DNA of 64,000 nt from Octopus vulgaris (GCA_951406725.2 OX597830.1:21390001-21454000), one strand, 5' to 3'. Counted from the stretch's first letter, positions 25,354 through 42,526 are shown. Notes: generated by a model not told the origin, from the sequence alone. Program-made: numbers and translations.

Positions 25354-26002
25354 GGTGGTGATGGTACTGCTGGTGTAGGTGTAGGTGGTGGTGGTGGTGG
25401 TAGTAGTGGCAGATACAGAACGATGTGCAGTAGTTAAAATGGAAGTATTGGATGAAGCCCGGTTGGTGAAGGATGGGATATTGGTAACAGCAAAAGGATC
25501 GATAATGATCGAACACTGGAATGATTGGATTTCTTTCATCTTCCTCTTGTTCTTCATGTTGTTGTTGTTGCTGTTGTTGTTAGTGGTAGTGGTACAATTG
25601 TGGATGAGGTAGTAGCGGTAGTGGTGGAAATGAAGGCGACAGACGTGGTTCCCAGTATTGTAGTGGTGCAGGTTACAGTTGTTTAGGTAGTAGCAATTGT
25701 AGTTGTTACGTCCATAGTTGTTGTAGTGGTGCTTGTAGACTTGGCGATTGGTGTGGTATGGGTTGTAGTTGGTATCGTAGTAGTTGTTCTGGTTGCTATG
25801 GTGATAAGTTTGGGACGGTTATATTAATGGTCGTGTTATAAGCTGCGCTGGTTGCATCCGGTGTTTTAACAGTTGGTGTGACCGTTGCGGTAATAGTTGT
25901 GGTTGTCATAGTAACGGTGATTGATGTGACTGGTATTGTTGCACATGTGGTGGTTGTAGTGGTCATAGTTATGGACTTTATAGTATTGGAGATTGTTGTG
26001 AT

Positions 26003-26064
<62 letters not shown>

Positions 26065-26222
26065 TGTAGGTAGTAGTAGTAGTAGTAGTAGAGGTGGTTG
26101 TGGTGGTGGTAGTAATGGTGGTGGGAGTGGTTTTAGTGGTAGTAGTAGTGGTGGTGGTGGTGGTAGTAGTAGTAGTCGTAGTGGGGGTGGGGATGGGGGT
26201 GGAAGAAGGTGAAGAAGAAGAT

Positions 26223-26301
<79 letters not shown>

Positions 26302-26459
26302 CAGCAGCAGTGAGGGTGGTATCATCGTTGGTCTGAATTGGTTGTTTCATGTATAATGTTGTTGATAATTATGCAGACGATGATGATTTTGTTGAAAATA
26401 ACAATTACAACAACAACAGCAGCAGCAGTAGCAGCAACAACAACGACAACAACAATAAC

Positions 26460-26503
<44 letters not shown>

Positions 26504-26520
26504 CAATAATAATAATAATA
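24757..26520. repeat. (GGT/AGT/GTT)n low-complexity region with 189-bp-period duplication
   Basis: gttgatgatagtgatggcattgttgttgttggtagtgatggtgatggtactgctggcgatgg at 25009 and 25198. Confidence 0.9.
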
Positions 26521-26524
26521 ATAA

Positions 26525-27080
26525 ATGCCCTGATGCAGTACCAGGCAGTGGCTCTCATGGCTTCTGATCTTAACTGATTGGAAGTGTTATCAAGTACATT
26601 GTTTTGTCTTGGTATAAAAGATGGGCTACAGCAAATATTCTGCTCAATACCACAGATTTGCTTGTCAGTTGTTTGACCTTAACCAGTTGAGCATGTCCCT
26701 CAGTGGCTAACGATTTGTGCATCTCTGATCACGAGCAGAAGTAGTGGGGGAGCATCATAGCCATGTGTTGAGAGGGATTCTTTGGGGTTTGAATAGTTCA
26801 CCTCTGGAAACATGGGTGGTTCTTTCAACATCCTTAAACAACCCTTATTCACAGACCTTTTGAGCGGGATGGGCTACTCAACCTGAAGAAAATTCTAACT
26901 GGGCCCCACCTGCAAGGTCATGTGCTGTTTATCTTGATATGAGATCACCATGTCGCGCACATATGGTTGTGATGCATGTGCCTAGTGTACCCTTATCAGA
27001 CGGGTAGTCATCATGGGTATATTAGGCTTCGTATATTTTACCCCAGTGTCACTTTGATGGCATGAACTGCTCTCTCACTC
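26525..27080 (+). mobile_element. ~555-bp non-coding element family L in (AAT)n
   Basis: Highly similar copies at 33379-33919 (+) and 51685-52233 (-), and a 3'-only piece at 32954-33056. All abut AAT repeats. Confidence 0.85.
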
Positions 27081-27163
<83 letters not shown>

Positions 27164-27183
27164 GAAGTCTTAATTGAGAAGCC

Positions 27184-27300
27184 TTAATTGAGAAAGAAAA
27201 CAAACTATGCTGGATCATAGACATCACATACCCAGCTGACAACAAGGCATGCGATAAGGAAAAAAAGTCGAAAAATATGACAGGTTAGCTTGGGAAGCCT
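27184..27300 (+). pseudogene. Restriction-like endonuclease fragment of an RLE-type non-LTR retrotransposon
   Basis: Hand translation LIEKENKLCWIIDITYPADNKACDKEK then, after a frameshift, VEKYDRLAWE. Matches the (PD)..IID...P.D......K..KY..L pattern of R4/Dong/NeSL-type elements. Confidence 0.7.
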
Positions 27301-27360
27301 TAAACTTTTATAAATACCATTATTATATATATATATGAGTGTGTGTGTATGTGTGTGTGT

Positions 27361-27540
27361 GGAGGCGCGTGGCTTAGTAGTCAGGGTGTCAAGATCATGA
27401 TCGTAAGACTGTGGTTTCGATTCCTGGACCGGGCGACGCGTTGTGTTCTTGTGCAAAACACTTCATTTCACGTTGCTCCAGTCCACTCAGCTGGCAAAAA
27501 TGAGTAACGCTGCGATGGACTGGCGTCCCGTCCAGCTGGG

Positions 27541-27541
<1 letters not shown>
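27361..27541 (+). mobile_element. tRNA-headed SINE related to S3/S4
   Basis: ggaggcgcgtggcttagt head, ggtttcgattcc, ctgcgatggactggcgtcccgtccagctggg. Confidence 0.8.
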
Positions 27542-27608
<67 letters not shown>

Positions 27609-27609
<1 letters not shown>

Positions 27610-27753
27610 CAATTGCAGCGTGGAAGGTGTTTGTAAGCCATTTAAGAAACACACAAAAGCCGTTCGATTCACTAAACACCCTCCACGCTGCAATTGTTTT
27701 CGTTTCAGCACATGATCTCAGATCAAATCAATTGCTATGCAAGTACATCTCCG

Positions 27754-27757
<4 letters not shown>
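27609..27757 (+). mobile_element. Short inverted-head element in (TA)n
   Basis: acaattgcagcgtggaaggtgttt (27609-27632) / aaacaccctccacgctgcaattgt (27674-27697). Confidence 0.55.
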
Positions 27758-27810
<53 letters not shown>

Positions 27811-28829
27811 CATATGTATATATATGTATATATACGCAACGGGCTTTTCAGTTTCCGTCAACCAAATCCATTCCCATGGCGTGATGCCAATTACAAATAT
27901 ATGGAATCGACATATCCCTCATCACCTAACTTGCTAAGGATTCTGGCAGTTTTGACTCGTTGAATAAAACTGCTGGCTGTACACATGCATGCATGTACGA
28001 CTCACACGCACATATATAAGGGAAAGTATTTATCGCAGAAGCTATACAGTGGTTGTAGCATGAACCCCTGCATGGTTGCAAAGCGATGTATGCATGTATG
28101 TATGTATGAGTTAAAAGAAACGCCGTTGATGTTCATCCCGCCACAACTGTTAACGCCAGTTGAAGTAATTATATGAAGAAACCGGAGTAGATTATATATG
28201 CAAAGTGGCTCTGGTGATCACCCACCATAGGGGAGATAATTCCTTCTAGATTACGTTAAGGTGAGTTGTGTGCGTGTGTGTGTGTGTGGGGGGGGTGTAT
28301 GTGTGTGTCTATGCGTGTGTATTTGATCCCACCAGCGCTTGACAACCGCTGACGGTGTGTCCTCATAACTTAGAAGTTTGGTGTATAAGAGAAAGCCAGA
28401 ATAAGTGCCAGGTTTGAAAATGTATAAGTTCTGGTACCGATTAATTCGACTAAAAGTTCTCCAAAGCGGTGCACCAGCATGGCCGCAGTCTAATGACTGA
28501 AACAAGTGAAAGATAAACGAAACAGGATTATAAAGATCTTAAAAATGTTCATTCATTGTTTACTATGTAGATCATCATTTCTTTCTTATTAGTTGTCAGC
28601 ATGGCATAACCTGAGGCAAATGGATAATAGTGAAATAAGCATTTCTCGAAATTTACTAATATAGAATACAGAATGTTCTGTAATATATATGTACATGTTC
28701 TTCCTGTTACAATATTGTCCAAATAACCTACCAAATAACCCTGCCCAAATCAGGTTATTTTAATCAGAAATAAATATATAGGTCGAATGTTTCTGCATCC
28801 ACACTTATTGACCCATCCCCCACTCCGTT

Positions 28830-28897
<68 letters not shown>

Positions 28898-29144
28898 TCC
28901 TTCTTTGTTTCTCTCTTCTCTCTCCATATATATGTATATGTATATCTGAACATAAACTCAAATATATGTACATAACTAAATATAATTACATAAGTGTCTG
29001 TGTTTGTGCAAGTGTATAATTGCATATAATTACACACACACAAACACACACGCACACACATATAAGTACATTCATACACATATTTATACATACATGAACG
29101 CTCACCCAGGTGTGTACGTATGTATGTATATATATATGTATATA

Positions 29145-29250
<106 letters not shown>

Positions 29251-29289
29251 AAGATAGATGTATGTATACTTTTTCAATGTGCACAATAC

Positions 29290-29785
29290 AAATAACAAGG
29301 AAAAATAAATATATAGTTACCGGGGTAGCAAAAATTCACATAAGTGCCAAAAATATTACAATCTAAAGGTAGAAATTCCAGGGTTAAGTGAAATGTTTTT
29401 GTATAACATGGATAAACTTAGAAATTAAGTCAAACGCAGGTGTTATTCAAATCATTTATACCTCCAGCATATGTTTCGAATAAAGCATTCAGATTATTCC
29501 GGCGGGGAATAGAAATGATGTAAAACAATGCAGTCATCACGTCAGAGAAGTAAAAGGAACAAAACACATCAATAAGCCATTTTAACCAAATGTGATTACC
29601 GCGTAGATAAGTATATGATGTAAGGAGAACGCTAGCAAGTTATTTTTTAAAAGACCGCTATAACGTGGTAGCGTTCTCCTTACATCATATACTTACGCGG
29701 TAATCATATTGTTTCCAACAATAATAATGTATATGTCTTGAGATGTTTGCCTTGCCTCAACGTTTGTTCTTCTCTTTAACAATTA
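29290..29785. mobile_element. pLTR-like element(s) with degenerate HHR core and inverted repeat
   Basis: Minus strand 29461-29550: cttct-CTGACGT...GAAAC-ATAT-GCT-ggagg. Inverted repeat 29589-29634 / 29669-29710. Confidence 0.45.
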
Positions 29786-29902
29786 TATATATATATATAT
29801 ATATCGCACGAGGAGTTTTAGGCGGGCAATCTAAACTGGTCGTTTGCATACGTGCATATATATGCATGTATACGTTCGTATATGTAAGTATATCGTATGT
29901 TG

Positions 29903-29957
<55 letters not shown>

Positions 29958-30537
29958 ATTTATGTGAAATCTGAGTATATTCCACTGATGAAGGCAGAGC
30001 ATTTCTTATGGAGAGCTAGAAATTCGGGATCTGAAATTATCCAGTAATTCTTTTGCTAGTTTATTTTGTCTGTTTGCCCTGCTGCTGCTGCATGAACATT
30101 TAATGTGGCTTTAGAATCATGTTTTGACCGCTATTTCCAGCATTGTGGTACCTCTCAGATACCCTAATTTATAGTTTTAAATAAATATTACCTTTGAAGG
30201 TTTTTATTCCCATGCTGGCCACCTGATAAGATCGCTATTTAAATATCAATCTTATCCTTATATATATAAATTCATAAATAATATATATATATATAAATAT
30301 ATATGAAAGCATATATTTAATTATATTTTGTCATGTTGAACCGTTAATTCCTACACAATTTTTTTACTCTCCGTTATTTTTCGTCCTTTCTCCGTTTTGT
30401 TCCTCTCAAATCCTTTCTCTCGAAGAGGGTAGACTCCAAACGTCGAAGACTTTTCCATTCTTCTCAAGCGTTAAACTAAAACACCTGCTTGTTGTTCCTA
30501 CAACTGTCTTCATCTTTTGTTTTCTGTAAATTTGAAC

Positions 30538-30617
<80 letters not shown>

Positions 30618-30689
30618 CATATATATGTAGAATGTTTCAACGCTATCCAGGAGAGAGAGAGAGAGATAAACGTTGTAAACTTTTGGACA

Positions 30690-31531
30690 TGGTAACGACC
30701 CTGCAATTCATCCAAAGAGGTGAAAATATTAACAATGACTATATCGGTAAATCTATGAGGGTCATCGTCAAAGAACCTCAGGTGTCAGAGTGAACTATCA
30801 TTCCTGTGGGGCACGAGGACAATCTATACAAGCTGCATTTACTGAGAAGAGGCCAATGCATGTCTACAAAGATAGGAAAACCGATTGATCCGTGTCAGGC
30901 GGTTACTTATCAAGGTTTAAACCCTCACGAACCTTGATCCTTCTCTAAGGAAAACTTCGACCAAGATCTAAAGTATAAGGGGAGAAATGATAGATGGTTA
31001 TGTACGGATGGTTTTAAGAGTGGTGAGTAATGAAGGTCACGTCATACCATCGCATGTCTTTTCACAGGGTCTTAAATTAACGCTGTTAGTTACGCTGAAA
31101 TGCTGGAGACAGTTGTTGAGCCCCCAAACAGATGTAGAACGCAGTGGAAGGCCATACGTATTTCAACAAGACCCCGCAATTTCTCACAAAACCCACGTAA
31201 CCCAAGAATGGATGTGAGACAATTTTTACAATGATCTAGCACCAAACTTGTGGCCTCCAAAGTCACCAGATTTAAATTCAATGCATTACTACGTTTAGGG
31301 CATTGTTCACCGAAGGCCGCTATTATCCGTGATGTCCGAAATGAAGAAGGACCATGTTGTGCACTGAATAGTCAGTAAAGTTGAAAGCGGATTCACAGAA
31401 TAATCTCCTAAGAATCCTTATCGAGGACATGTACACACACACATTTCTATTAAAGCGCATTCGATTTTTTGCTAGAGTGAACTTATTTTATTAAATTACC
31501 AAATATGTCCTCAAATATCTTTCGCACCCGG
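30690..31531 (+). pseudogene. Degenerate Tc1/mariner (maT/DD37D-like) transposase element
   Basis: Pieces GKSMRVIVKEPQVSE, MVLRVVSNEGHVIPSHVFSQGL, GRPYVFQQDPAISHKTHVTQEWM and NLWPPKSPDLNSMHYYV*GIV, with stops and frameshifts. Ends cacccgg-TA. Confidence 0.85.
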
Positions 31532-32117
31532 TATATTTTTAGCCATAAGTGAAAAATAGAAGACGTAGGAGAAATTATCGAAACAAGTGACAAAAATTTG
31601 GTTAATTCAATTCAAAGATTCGTAAGTTTCGTGCTGCACACAATGTATTATTAATATTTTGAAGTCTCTCTTTGAGTAGGAGACAGAATTCAAAGACCTA
31701 ACAGTAATACGAATTAACTGAAGTTATTGATTCTCCGCATTGTGTTCCAGTTGTCCGACATCAAAAATCCTAATCTGCTTGATCTCTTCCAAGCTACATG
31801 TCCTAATCTTTGTACTGTGGATGTGTTATATCCGCTTTTAGACATCAGACTCGTGTTTCGTTATGATCGTTACTGGTTTACACAGCACAGAAGCTTTTGA
31901 TATATCGTTCCATTGGACTGTATTCAAGTACTTGAAAATGGATTGGGAACGGTTTCGCTCTGTCCTACTGAATCCCCTTTTAAATATTCTTTTTTTTTTT
32001 TCTGATCTAGTTTATCAAAATTCGTTCTTGTTGGAATCGATAATTTTGTCCCAAAACCAACAAAAGCCGAACTCTCAGCGTCAGTTTACTTTGAGATTTT
32101 CCCATTGTTACAGACTC

Positions 32118-32299
32118 TTTTACTCTTTTACTTGTTTCAGTCATTTGACTGTGGCCATGCTGGAGCGCTGCCTTTAGTCGAGCAAACCGACCCCAGGACT
32201 TATTCTTTGTAAGCCTAGTACTTATTCTATCGGTCTCTTTTGCCGAACCGCTACGTTACGGGGACGTAAACACAGCAGCATCGGTTGTCAAACACACAA

Positions 32300-32345
<46 letters not shown>

Positions 32346-32364
32346 GTGTGTGTGTGTGTATATG

Positions 32365-32432
<68 letters not shown>

Positions 32433-32592
32433 TACGACGGGCTTCTTCCAGTTTCCGTCTACCAAATCCACTCACAAGGCTTTGGTCGGCCCGAGGCTAT
32501 AGCAGAAGACACTTGTCCAAGGTACCACGCAGTGGGACTGAACCCGGAACCATGCGGTTGGGAAGCAAGCTACTTACCACACAGCCACTCCT
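32118..32592 (-). mobile_element. SINE family S2, full length
   Basis: Minus strand: aggagtggctgtgtggtaag (A-box), gggttcagtcc (B-box), gtggtaccttggacaagtgtctt (CORE-like), TA/CA tract, tail ending (aaagagt)n. Confidence 0.88.
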
Positions 32593-32639
32593 ACAATCAC
32601 AATATCTGCAGCACAAACAACCAAAATAGATTCGTACCA

Positions 32640-32930
32640 AATTAACAGCCTTCTGCCAATGCCTGTAATTAATACCAAAGACTGGTCATGTTGGATGTCT
32701 TCAGTTCTATCAATTATCAATGAACGTGAAATATTTTTCAGACAAAACCAGGATCTTGCTAAAACCTTCACATCAAATCTTGTTGTGTCTTAAGCTGTCA
32801 CTCGTTTCATTTCTGTAATCCATTGAAAAGTAACTTTTCACTCGTCTTCGTATAACATCATCTGACTTCGTTACAGACTTCAAATGAGGCCAATTGAAGA
32901 ACTGTGCAAAGCTTCACAACGATATGAATT
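32640..32930 (-). pseudogene. Possible highly decayed DNA transposase (hAT-like) fragment
   Basis: SLIIDRTEDI...SLVLIT resembles the hAT first-aspartate motif (SL..DE.TD.S). SDDVIRRRV lies upstream in another frame. Confidence 0.35.
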
Positions 32931-32953
32931 TAAGTGTATGAATTTATTTTTTA

Positions 32954-33919
<966 letters not shown>

Positions 33920-34459
33920 AATAATAATGATAATAATAAATAATAATAACAACAACAACAACAACAACAACAACAATAATAATAATAATAATGATAATAA
34001 TAATAATAATAATAATAATTTCACCACAGATGAGGGCATTTGCCAGATAAATACAAATCATTTATTATAATGCTTGTAATAAAAGATTACGACTGTTTCT
34101 TGACAAAAGCAGTTACCAGATGGTTTTTAGGTGCCGAATATTATTCAGGTGACGGTTATTCAATAGCGTTTGGCGGTGAAAACAACACTTGGAACCAATG
34201 TAGAATTATCGATGTAAGCGTATTTGTGTATGGGTGTGTTGGTGTATATGTGTGCGTACGTGAATGTGTGTTGCCCGTGTGTGTTTGAGTGAACGTGTGA
34301 GTGTACGTGTGGGTGCGTGTACGTGTGGGTGTGTGTCTGGGTGTGTGTGTGTGTGTGTGGGTGGATGGGTACTGTGTAAAAAACGCAGGCAGATACAGAT
34401 CGTTCTGTCTATGTATGTATTGATTTCCCCGCTTCTTTTTAAATTTTCCAACTATAAAT

Positions 34460-36520
<2,061 letters not shown>

Positions 36521-36691
36521 CAGACATATATTAAAAAAAAAATTCTCTCTTCATCCAGCATCCATAACATAGTTCGCTTCTTTCCCGCCATCCACCATCC
36601 ACGCACCACCACCCACCACCACAACCACCACCACCACCACCCACCACCGTCACTTTATCACCATTGCACACGTCCCGCATACTGCCCTACA

Positions 36692-36728
<37 letters not shown>

Positions 36729-37242
36729 CACATCTAACATCCACATATCCATACACAGCGCTACCCCATACCCGTACTCATCACCCCCACCCACCCAGTA
36801 GCTGACTACAAAAGAACAGGCTGGACGTTTTCAGAAAAACCAAAAAAAAAAAAGAAAAAAAAAAAAACAAGATGAACAACAACAACAACAACAACAACAA
36901 TTTCGTTGAACCAGAAACTAAAAGCTTGAGACTGTATCGATTGGCCACGCGTTCACATGAATTGTCTGTTTTAACCACAGACAGACTTCATGATACGTCT
37001 CCAAGATCGGCCTCGTTCTCTTCTTAGTCTTGTTTGCTTTCCTTCATGTTGTTTTTACTACATTGGTGCTCACGGATGTCGCGACTCGTCCCTAGCATTT
37101 GTTATCCGGTTCTTCGGTTTTATTACATAGCAGTGGTTCACAATTGGGGTCCACTATGGCCCATCGGGCTTCCATATGAGATTTTGTTAAAATTCGTGTG
37201 TAATAAATTGGTTATGCTATAACAATACATAAAATATATTAA

Positions 37243-37289
<47 letters not shown>

Positions 37290-37294
<5 letters not shown>

Positions 37295-37474
37295 GCCATG
37301 ATAGATCGTTAGCCACTACACACATTTTTTCTCTCCTTGTTTTTTTCTGTGTCCCTTTCTGTAGAAGAGCGTAGGCTCGAAACGTAAAAGACTTTTTCTA
37401 TTCCTAAGCGTTATACTAATATATCTGTTTGTTTTGTACACCACCTGTCTTCGTCTTCTTCTTTCGTAAACTCT

Positions 37475-37480
<6 letters not shown>
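37290..37480 (+). mobile_element. ~190-bp (TA)n-embedded element with minimal HHR-like motif
   Basis: cttt-CTGTAGA-a-gagc(gtag)gctc-GAAAC-GTA-aaag (37355-37390). Partial copy at 3752-3868 and diverged copy at 30325-30540. Confidence 0.65.
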
Positions 37481-37538
<58 letters not shown>

Positions 37539-37804
37539 TGTGTGTGTGTGTGTGTGCGCGCGTGCGTGTGTGTGTATGTTTGTGTGCCTGTGTTAGTTCC
37601 CCCAAGATCGCTTGACAACCGATGCCAGTGTGTTTACGTCCCCATAACTTAGCGGCTCGGCAAGAGAGACTGATAGAATAAGTACTAAGCTTACAAAGAA
37701 TAAGTCCTGGGGTCGATTTGCTCGACTAAAGGCGGTGCTTCAGCATGGCCGCAGTCAAATGATTGAAACAAGTAAAAGAATACATACATACATATATATG
37801 TGTG

Positions 37805-37875
<71 letters not shown>

Positions 37876-37929
37876 ATATATATATATATATGTATGTGTA
37901 TGTCTCCATACATATAAATATATATATAT

Positions 37930-38135
37930 AAATCGCAAAAAACGAAGAATGAGCACAAAAAAAACAACACGCGGACGTGGTACATGTAAAGTGTTAGCAG
38001 ACGCTCAGGGAAGTAAAGAAATGTGGTTTAACGTTTCGATCAAAGCTCTTCGTTAGAAACAGAGGAAAGTCCAATAAAAAAAGGAAGACGGTGGGAAAAA
38101 ATCGTCAACGATTCACATGTGGTTACATTTTGAAA
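37930..38135 (-). mobile_element. Short element with minimal HHR-like motif
   Basis: Minus strand 38026-38060: gttt-CTAACGA-a-gagc(ttt)gatc-GAAAC-GTT-aaac. Related copy at 48185-48350. Confidence 0.6.
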
Positions 38136-38146
38136 TATATATGTAT

Positions 38147-38622
38147 AAATTTTTATAATTATGAGTATAATTATAATTAGGGTTCAGCCAAAAAATTTGC
38201 TTCACCACATACCGAAACTTAGAAATAGCAGTCAAAACTAGCTATTTCTCTACCATAAGAAAATCTCCCAGACAACTATACTCAACAACCCACGTAGGCA
38301 AAGAGAAAAAATAACGGCTTTGATTAACTGTAGACGCGTTTCGGGTTTAGATAGACGTGAAAAATGCAAAAACCACATTTCCACTCCATTATTCTCGCTC
38401 TCCAGTACAGTATTTCAAGATTATAAATTTGAGAGCACTGCTATTTCTAAATTTCGGTATGTGGTGAAGCAAATTTTTTGATGAAACCCTAATTATAATT
38501 ATACTCATAATTATAAAAATTTTTGTTTAAGTTTACCGATAATGGATCTTTTAACATGCCGAACTACTTGGTAAAATTATTAATTATTAATCAATTTATT
38601 TATTTTACCCTTTATTATTATT
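38147..38622. mobile_element. pLTR-like element with 86-bp inverted arms enclosing an HHR-like motif
   Basis: Arms 38147-38232 / 38437-38522. Minus strand 38327-38411: actgta-CTGGAGA...GAAAC-GC-GTC-tacagt, with a 6-bp stem I. Confidence 0.65.
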
Positions 38623-38625
38623 GAT

Positions 38626-38656
<31 letters not shown>

Positions 38657-38667
38657 GTATATGCATA

Positions 38668-38727
<60 letters not shown>

Positions 38728-38774
38728 TATGCATATACATATACATATATATGTATGTATGTATGTATTCTTTT

Positions 38775-39018
38775 ATTCTTTTACTCTTTTACTTGTTTCA
38801 CTCACTTGAAGGCGGCCATGTCGGAACACTGCCTTTGTAAGCCTAGTACTTATCCTATCGGTTGCTTTTGCCGAACTGCTAAGTTACGGGGACGTAAACA
38901 CACCAACATCGGTTGTCAAGCGAATATGAGGGCACAAACACAGACATACAAATGCATGCATGCATACATACACACTCACACACACACTCACACACACGCA
39001 CTCACACAGGCAGGCACT

Positions 39019-39052
<34 letters not shown>

Positions 39053-39210
39053 CGGCGGGCTTCTTTCAGTTTCCGTTTACCAAATTCACTCAGAAGGCTT
39101 TGGTCGGCCTGAGGCCATAGTAAAAGTCACTTGCCCAAGGTGGCACGCACTGGGACTGAACCTGGAACCTTGTGGTTGGGAAGCAAGCTTCTTACCACAC
39201 AGCCACGCGT
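38775..39210 (-). mobile_element. SINE family S2
   Basis: Same head, CORE-like segment and tail as 32118-32592. Further S2 pieces at 28330-28515, 37590-37780, 39715-39905 and 50650-50812. Confidence 0.8.
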
Positions 39211-39573
39211 AAGACACATTTTGCCTTTATTAGAGTAAATTCGGCTTACAGCTGTTTCAGTAGTCATTAAAAGTACGTACCTATAATGATCACTGGAAAC
39301 AGATGTAAGCCAAATTTGCTCCAGTAAAGAAAAGATATGTAATGATCGTTATTTTTAGCTTGTTTTGTTTCTTATATATCACTCCGTGTAAAAACCAGTT
39401 TGACTGGGGCCCATCCACGGATTTACAATATAAAAGTGTGACGAACCATAACCTTGGACCCTGCCGTAAAATACAGGGAGTTCTTTACTAATCCAAACAA
39501 TATTGTTAGCCTGGTGTGCCAAGAGAGAGCTTATGAAATATTTTGCCCGGATTGATAATCTCTCACTATTAGC

Positions 39574-39611
<38 letters not shown>

Positions 39612-39979
39612 TGTGTAAGGCGGCGAGCTGGCAGAATCGTTAGCACACCGGGCGTAATGCTTAGTGGTATTTATGTATGTATATATGTATGTGTGTGTGT
39701 ATACGTTTGTGTGTCTGTGTTTGTCCCCCCGACATCGCTTGACAACCGATGCTGGTGTGTTTACGTCCCCGTAACTTAGCGGCTCGGCAACAGACCGATA
39801 AAATAAGTACTAGGCTTACAAAGAGGTCAATTTGCTCAACTAAAAGGCGGTGCTCCTGCATGGCCACAGTCAAATGACTGAAACAAGTAAAAGAGTAAAA
39901 GAGTAATATTTTCAATTAATTGAAGTTAATCATTTCTTCTCCTTTTCTTTTTCTTTTTATTCTGAGACTTTTTAATCAC

Positions 39980-40345
39980 ATGTAACATTACACGATAGAG
40001 TGCGTAGTTCGAGGATCAGGGAATCTCTCCAGGTCGAACAGCTACTTCTCCGGATTGAGAGCTCACAGCTCTGGTACTACGGGCATGTTACCAGAATGTC
40101 CCTGGAAAGTATCGCAAGACGAATTCTTCAGGCCGAGCCATCATGCAGGAGACCTAGGAGTAGATTAAGAACGAGAGGATTGGCTAATATCCATATTCTT
40201 AGTTGGTCACGCTTGGGGATCCAGCCAGAAGATGTAATGACGGCTGTTTTTGATAGGACATAGGAATTCAACTGAGTGTTATCTAACAGTCCGGTTATGT
40301 AACCTTGCACTCTTCAGAGATAGCCGTTATGGAATGAAATATGGC
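39980..40345 (+). pseudogene. 3' fragment of an RTE-clade LINE (Rex3/Expander-like)
   Basis: RSSRIRESLQVEQLLLRIESSQLWYYGHVTRM...RRPRSRLRTR...LSWSRLGI matches the RTE C-terminus pattern (IR..L.VE.LLL.IE.SQLRW.GH..RM...RPRGRPR.RW). Confidence 0.85.
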
Positions 40346-40424
40346 GACTCGCCTCCAATATGTATACTCAATTGTTATCATATCCGATATTTACATTTAA
40401 AAAAAAAACATTTTTACCTACCTT

Positions 40425-40607
40425 TTGCTTCAGTCATTAGATTACGGTCATGCTGCAGCACCTCCTTGAAGTGTTTTTGTCCAGTAAATTGACCCCAGTA
40501 CCTATTTATAATTTTTTTTGAAGTCTGGTATTTATACTATTGGCCTCCTTTGCCGAACTGCTAACTTACTGGGACGTAAACACACCAACATACACCTACA
40601 CACACAA

Positions 40608-40695
<88 letters not shown>

Positions 40696-41165
40696 ATCAC
40701 GTGACCGATCAGACCATCAGATGTAGTTACATCGCTGGTCACAATGCGTTTGCATTGTTTTAGCCTTCGAATAACGCCACCCCGCTGGCTAAGCGAGCAG
40801 GCCGACAGAAGAAAGAGTGGGAGAAAGAGTGGTGAAAGAGTACAGCAGGGATCACCACCCCCTGCCGGAGCCTCGTGGACCTTTCTAGGTGTTTTCGCTC
40901 AATAAACACTCACAACGCCCGGTCTGGGAATCGAAACCGCGATCCTGCGACCGCAAGTCCGCTGCCCTAACCACTAGGTCATTGCGCCTCCACTATATAT
41001 ATAATGGGCTTCTTTCAGTTTCCGCCTTCCAAGTCCACTCACAAGGTTTTGGTTGAGCCGAAGCTATGGTAGAAGACACTTGCTCAAGAGTCCATGCAAT
41101 GGAACCGAACCAGAAATCGGGTGATTGGGAAGAACGCTTCTTGCCACACAGCCACGGCCTGCACC
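40425..41165 (-). mobile_element. S2 SINE with an S3-type SINE (40690-40992) nested in its internal (TA)n
   Basis: S2 tail at 40425-40590 and S2 head at 41005-41165. The insert head (minus strand ggaggcgcaatgacctagtggttaggg) matches 14727. Confidence 0.8.
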
Positions 41166-41215
41166 TATGCGTACACCAGGTTTGGTAAATTCTTATCCTT
41201 GTGTATACACCCACT

Positions 41216-41253
<38 letters not shown>

Positions 41254-42526
41254 GTGCATGTATCTATGTATGTGTATGTACGTATATATCTATGCATGTA
41301 TGTACATGTGTATAAATATGTATGTATGTGCGTATATGTGTGTGTGTGTATGTGTGTGTGTGTGTGATGGAATGAGGTGTGGGGTGAGACAAGGAAGGAA
41401 GACAGAGGAATTCAATAGAAAGATGACGTCAATAATTTACAATGATGATGATGAGGGTGATGAGGATGATGATGATGATGACGATGATGATGACGATGAT
41501 GATGACGATGATGATGATGATGATGATGGGTAAAAGGGTGAGGAGTGGGAGGAGGATTGTGATCACCATTATATTTACGACCAGCAGCAGCAGCAGCAGC
41601 AGTATCAGCATAATCATGAACAAGTTCTTTATCGTCGTCGACGTCGTCATCATCATCATCAACAGCAACAACAAAAACAACGACAACAACAACAACAACA
41701 ACAACAACAGCAGCAGCAACAACAACAACAATTCCAACAGGAATTTCTCTGCTTCTTACAACTTTCTAAATTAAGTTATCATCCTGATGAGGGAAAAACT
41801 AATCAATTTGCTTACAGCATCACCATCCTCACCACCACTGCCGCCGCCTCCGCCGCCATCGTCATCGTCATCACCATCATCATCACAATCACCATCAACA
41901 TCATCATCATGATCTTCATCATCATAAAACCACCACCACAACCACCACCATCATAAACCTTTATCGTCATCATCACAATCACCATCATCATCATCACCAC
42001 CGGAACAAGCATCACCATCATCACCAACACCGCCAGCAGCATCAACATAACCATAACCACTTACTTCCGCCTCCTTCTCCTCCTCCTCCTTTTCACCACC
42101 ACCGCCACCACCACCACCATCAAAACCATTGTCACTACTACTGCTACCATTGCTACCATCACCAGAACTGTCTCCGCTACTACCGCAATAACTGTCTCTA
42201 GTTTGTCACTTATACACTACCACCACCACCACCACCACCACCACCAACACCAACACAACCACCACTACCACCTCACTACTATCGATACTGTTTTCTCAAC
42301 TACCACAAACACTACTATAGCTACAACAACAACTAACTACTACTACTACTGCCACCGTGAGACAACACTACCACCAGCGCCATTATGGCACCACCCTGCC
42401 ATGGCCTCTACCGTCAACAATATCAACCACCACCACTAATCGTCTCTATGTGGTCGCACGACCTGCTAGAAATAGCAGCCAAATCGCCCCCTGTATCTCA
42501 CCCAGGAGTCTTGTGAAATTTGTAGG

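Noticed and set aside
24907-26350. Thr-rich mucin-like minus-strand ORFs
   Set aside because: Degenerate ACN triplet repeats broken by stops and frame changes. No signal peptide or splice evidence.
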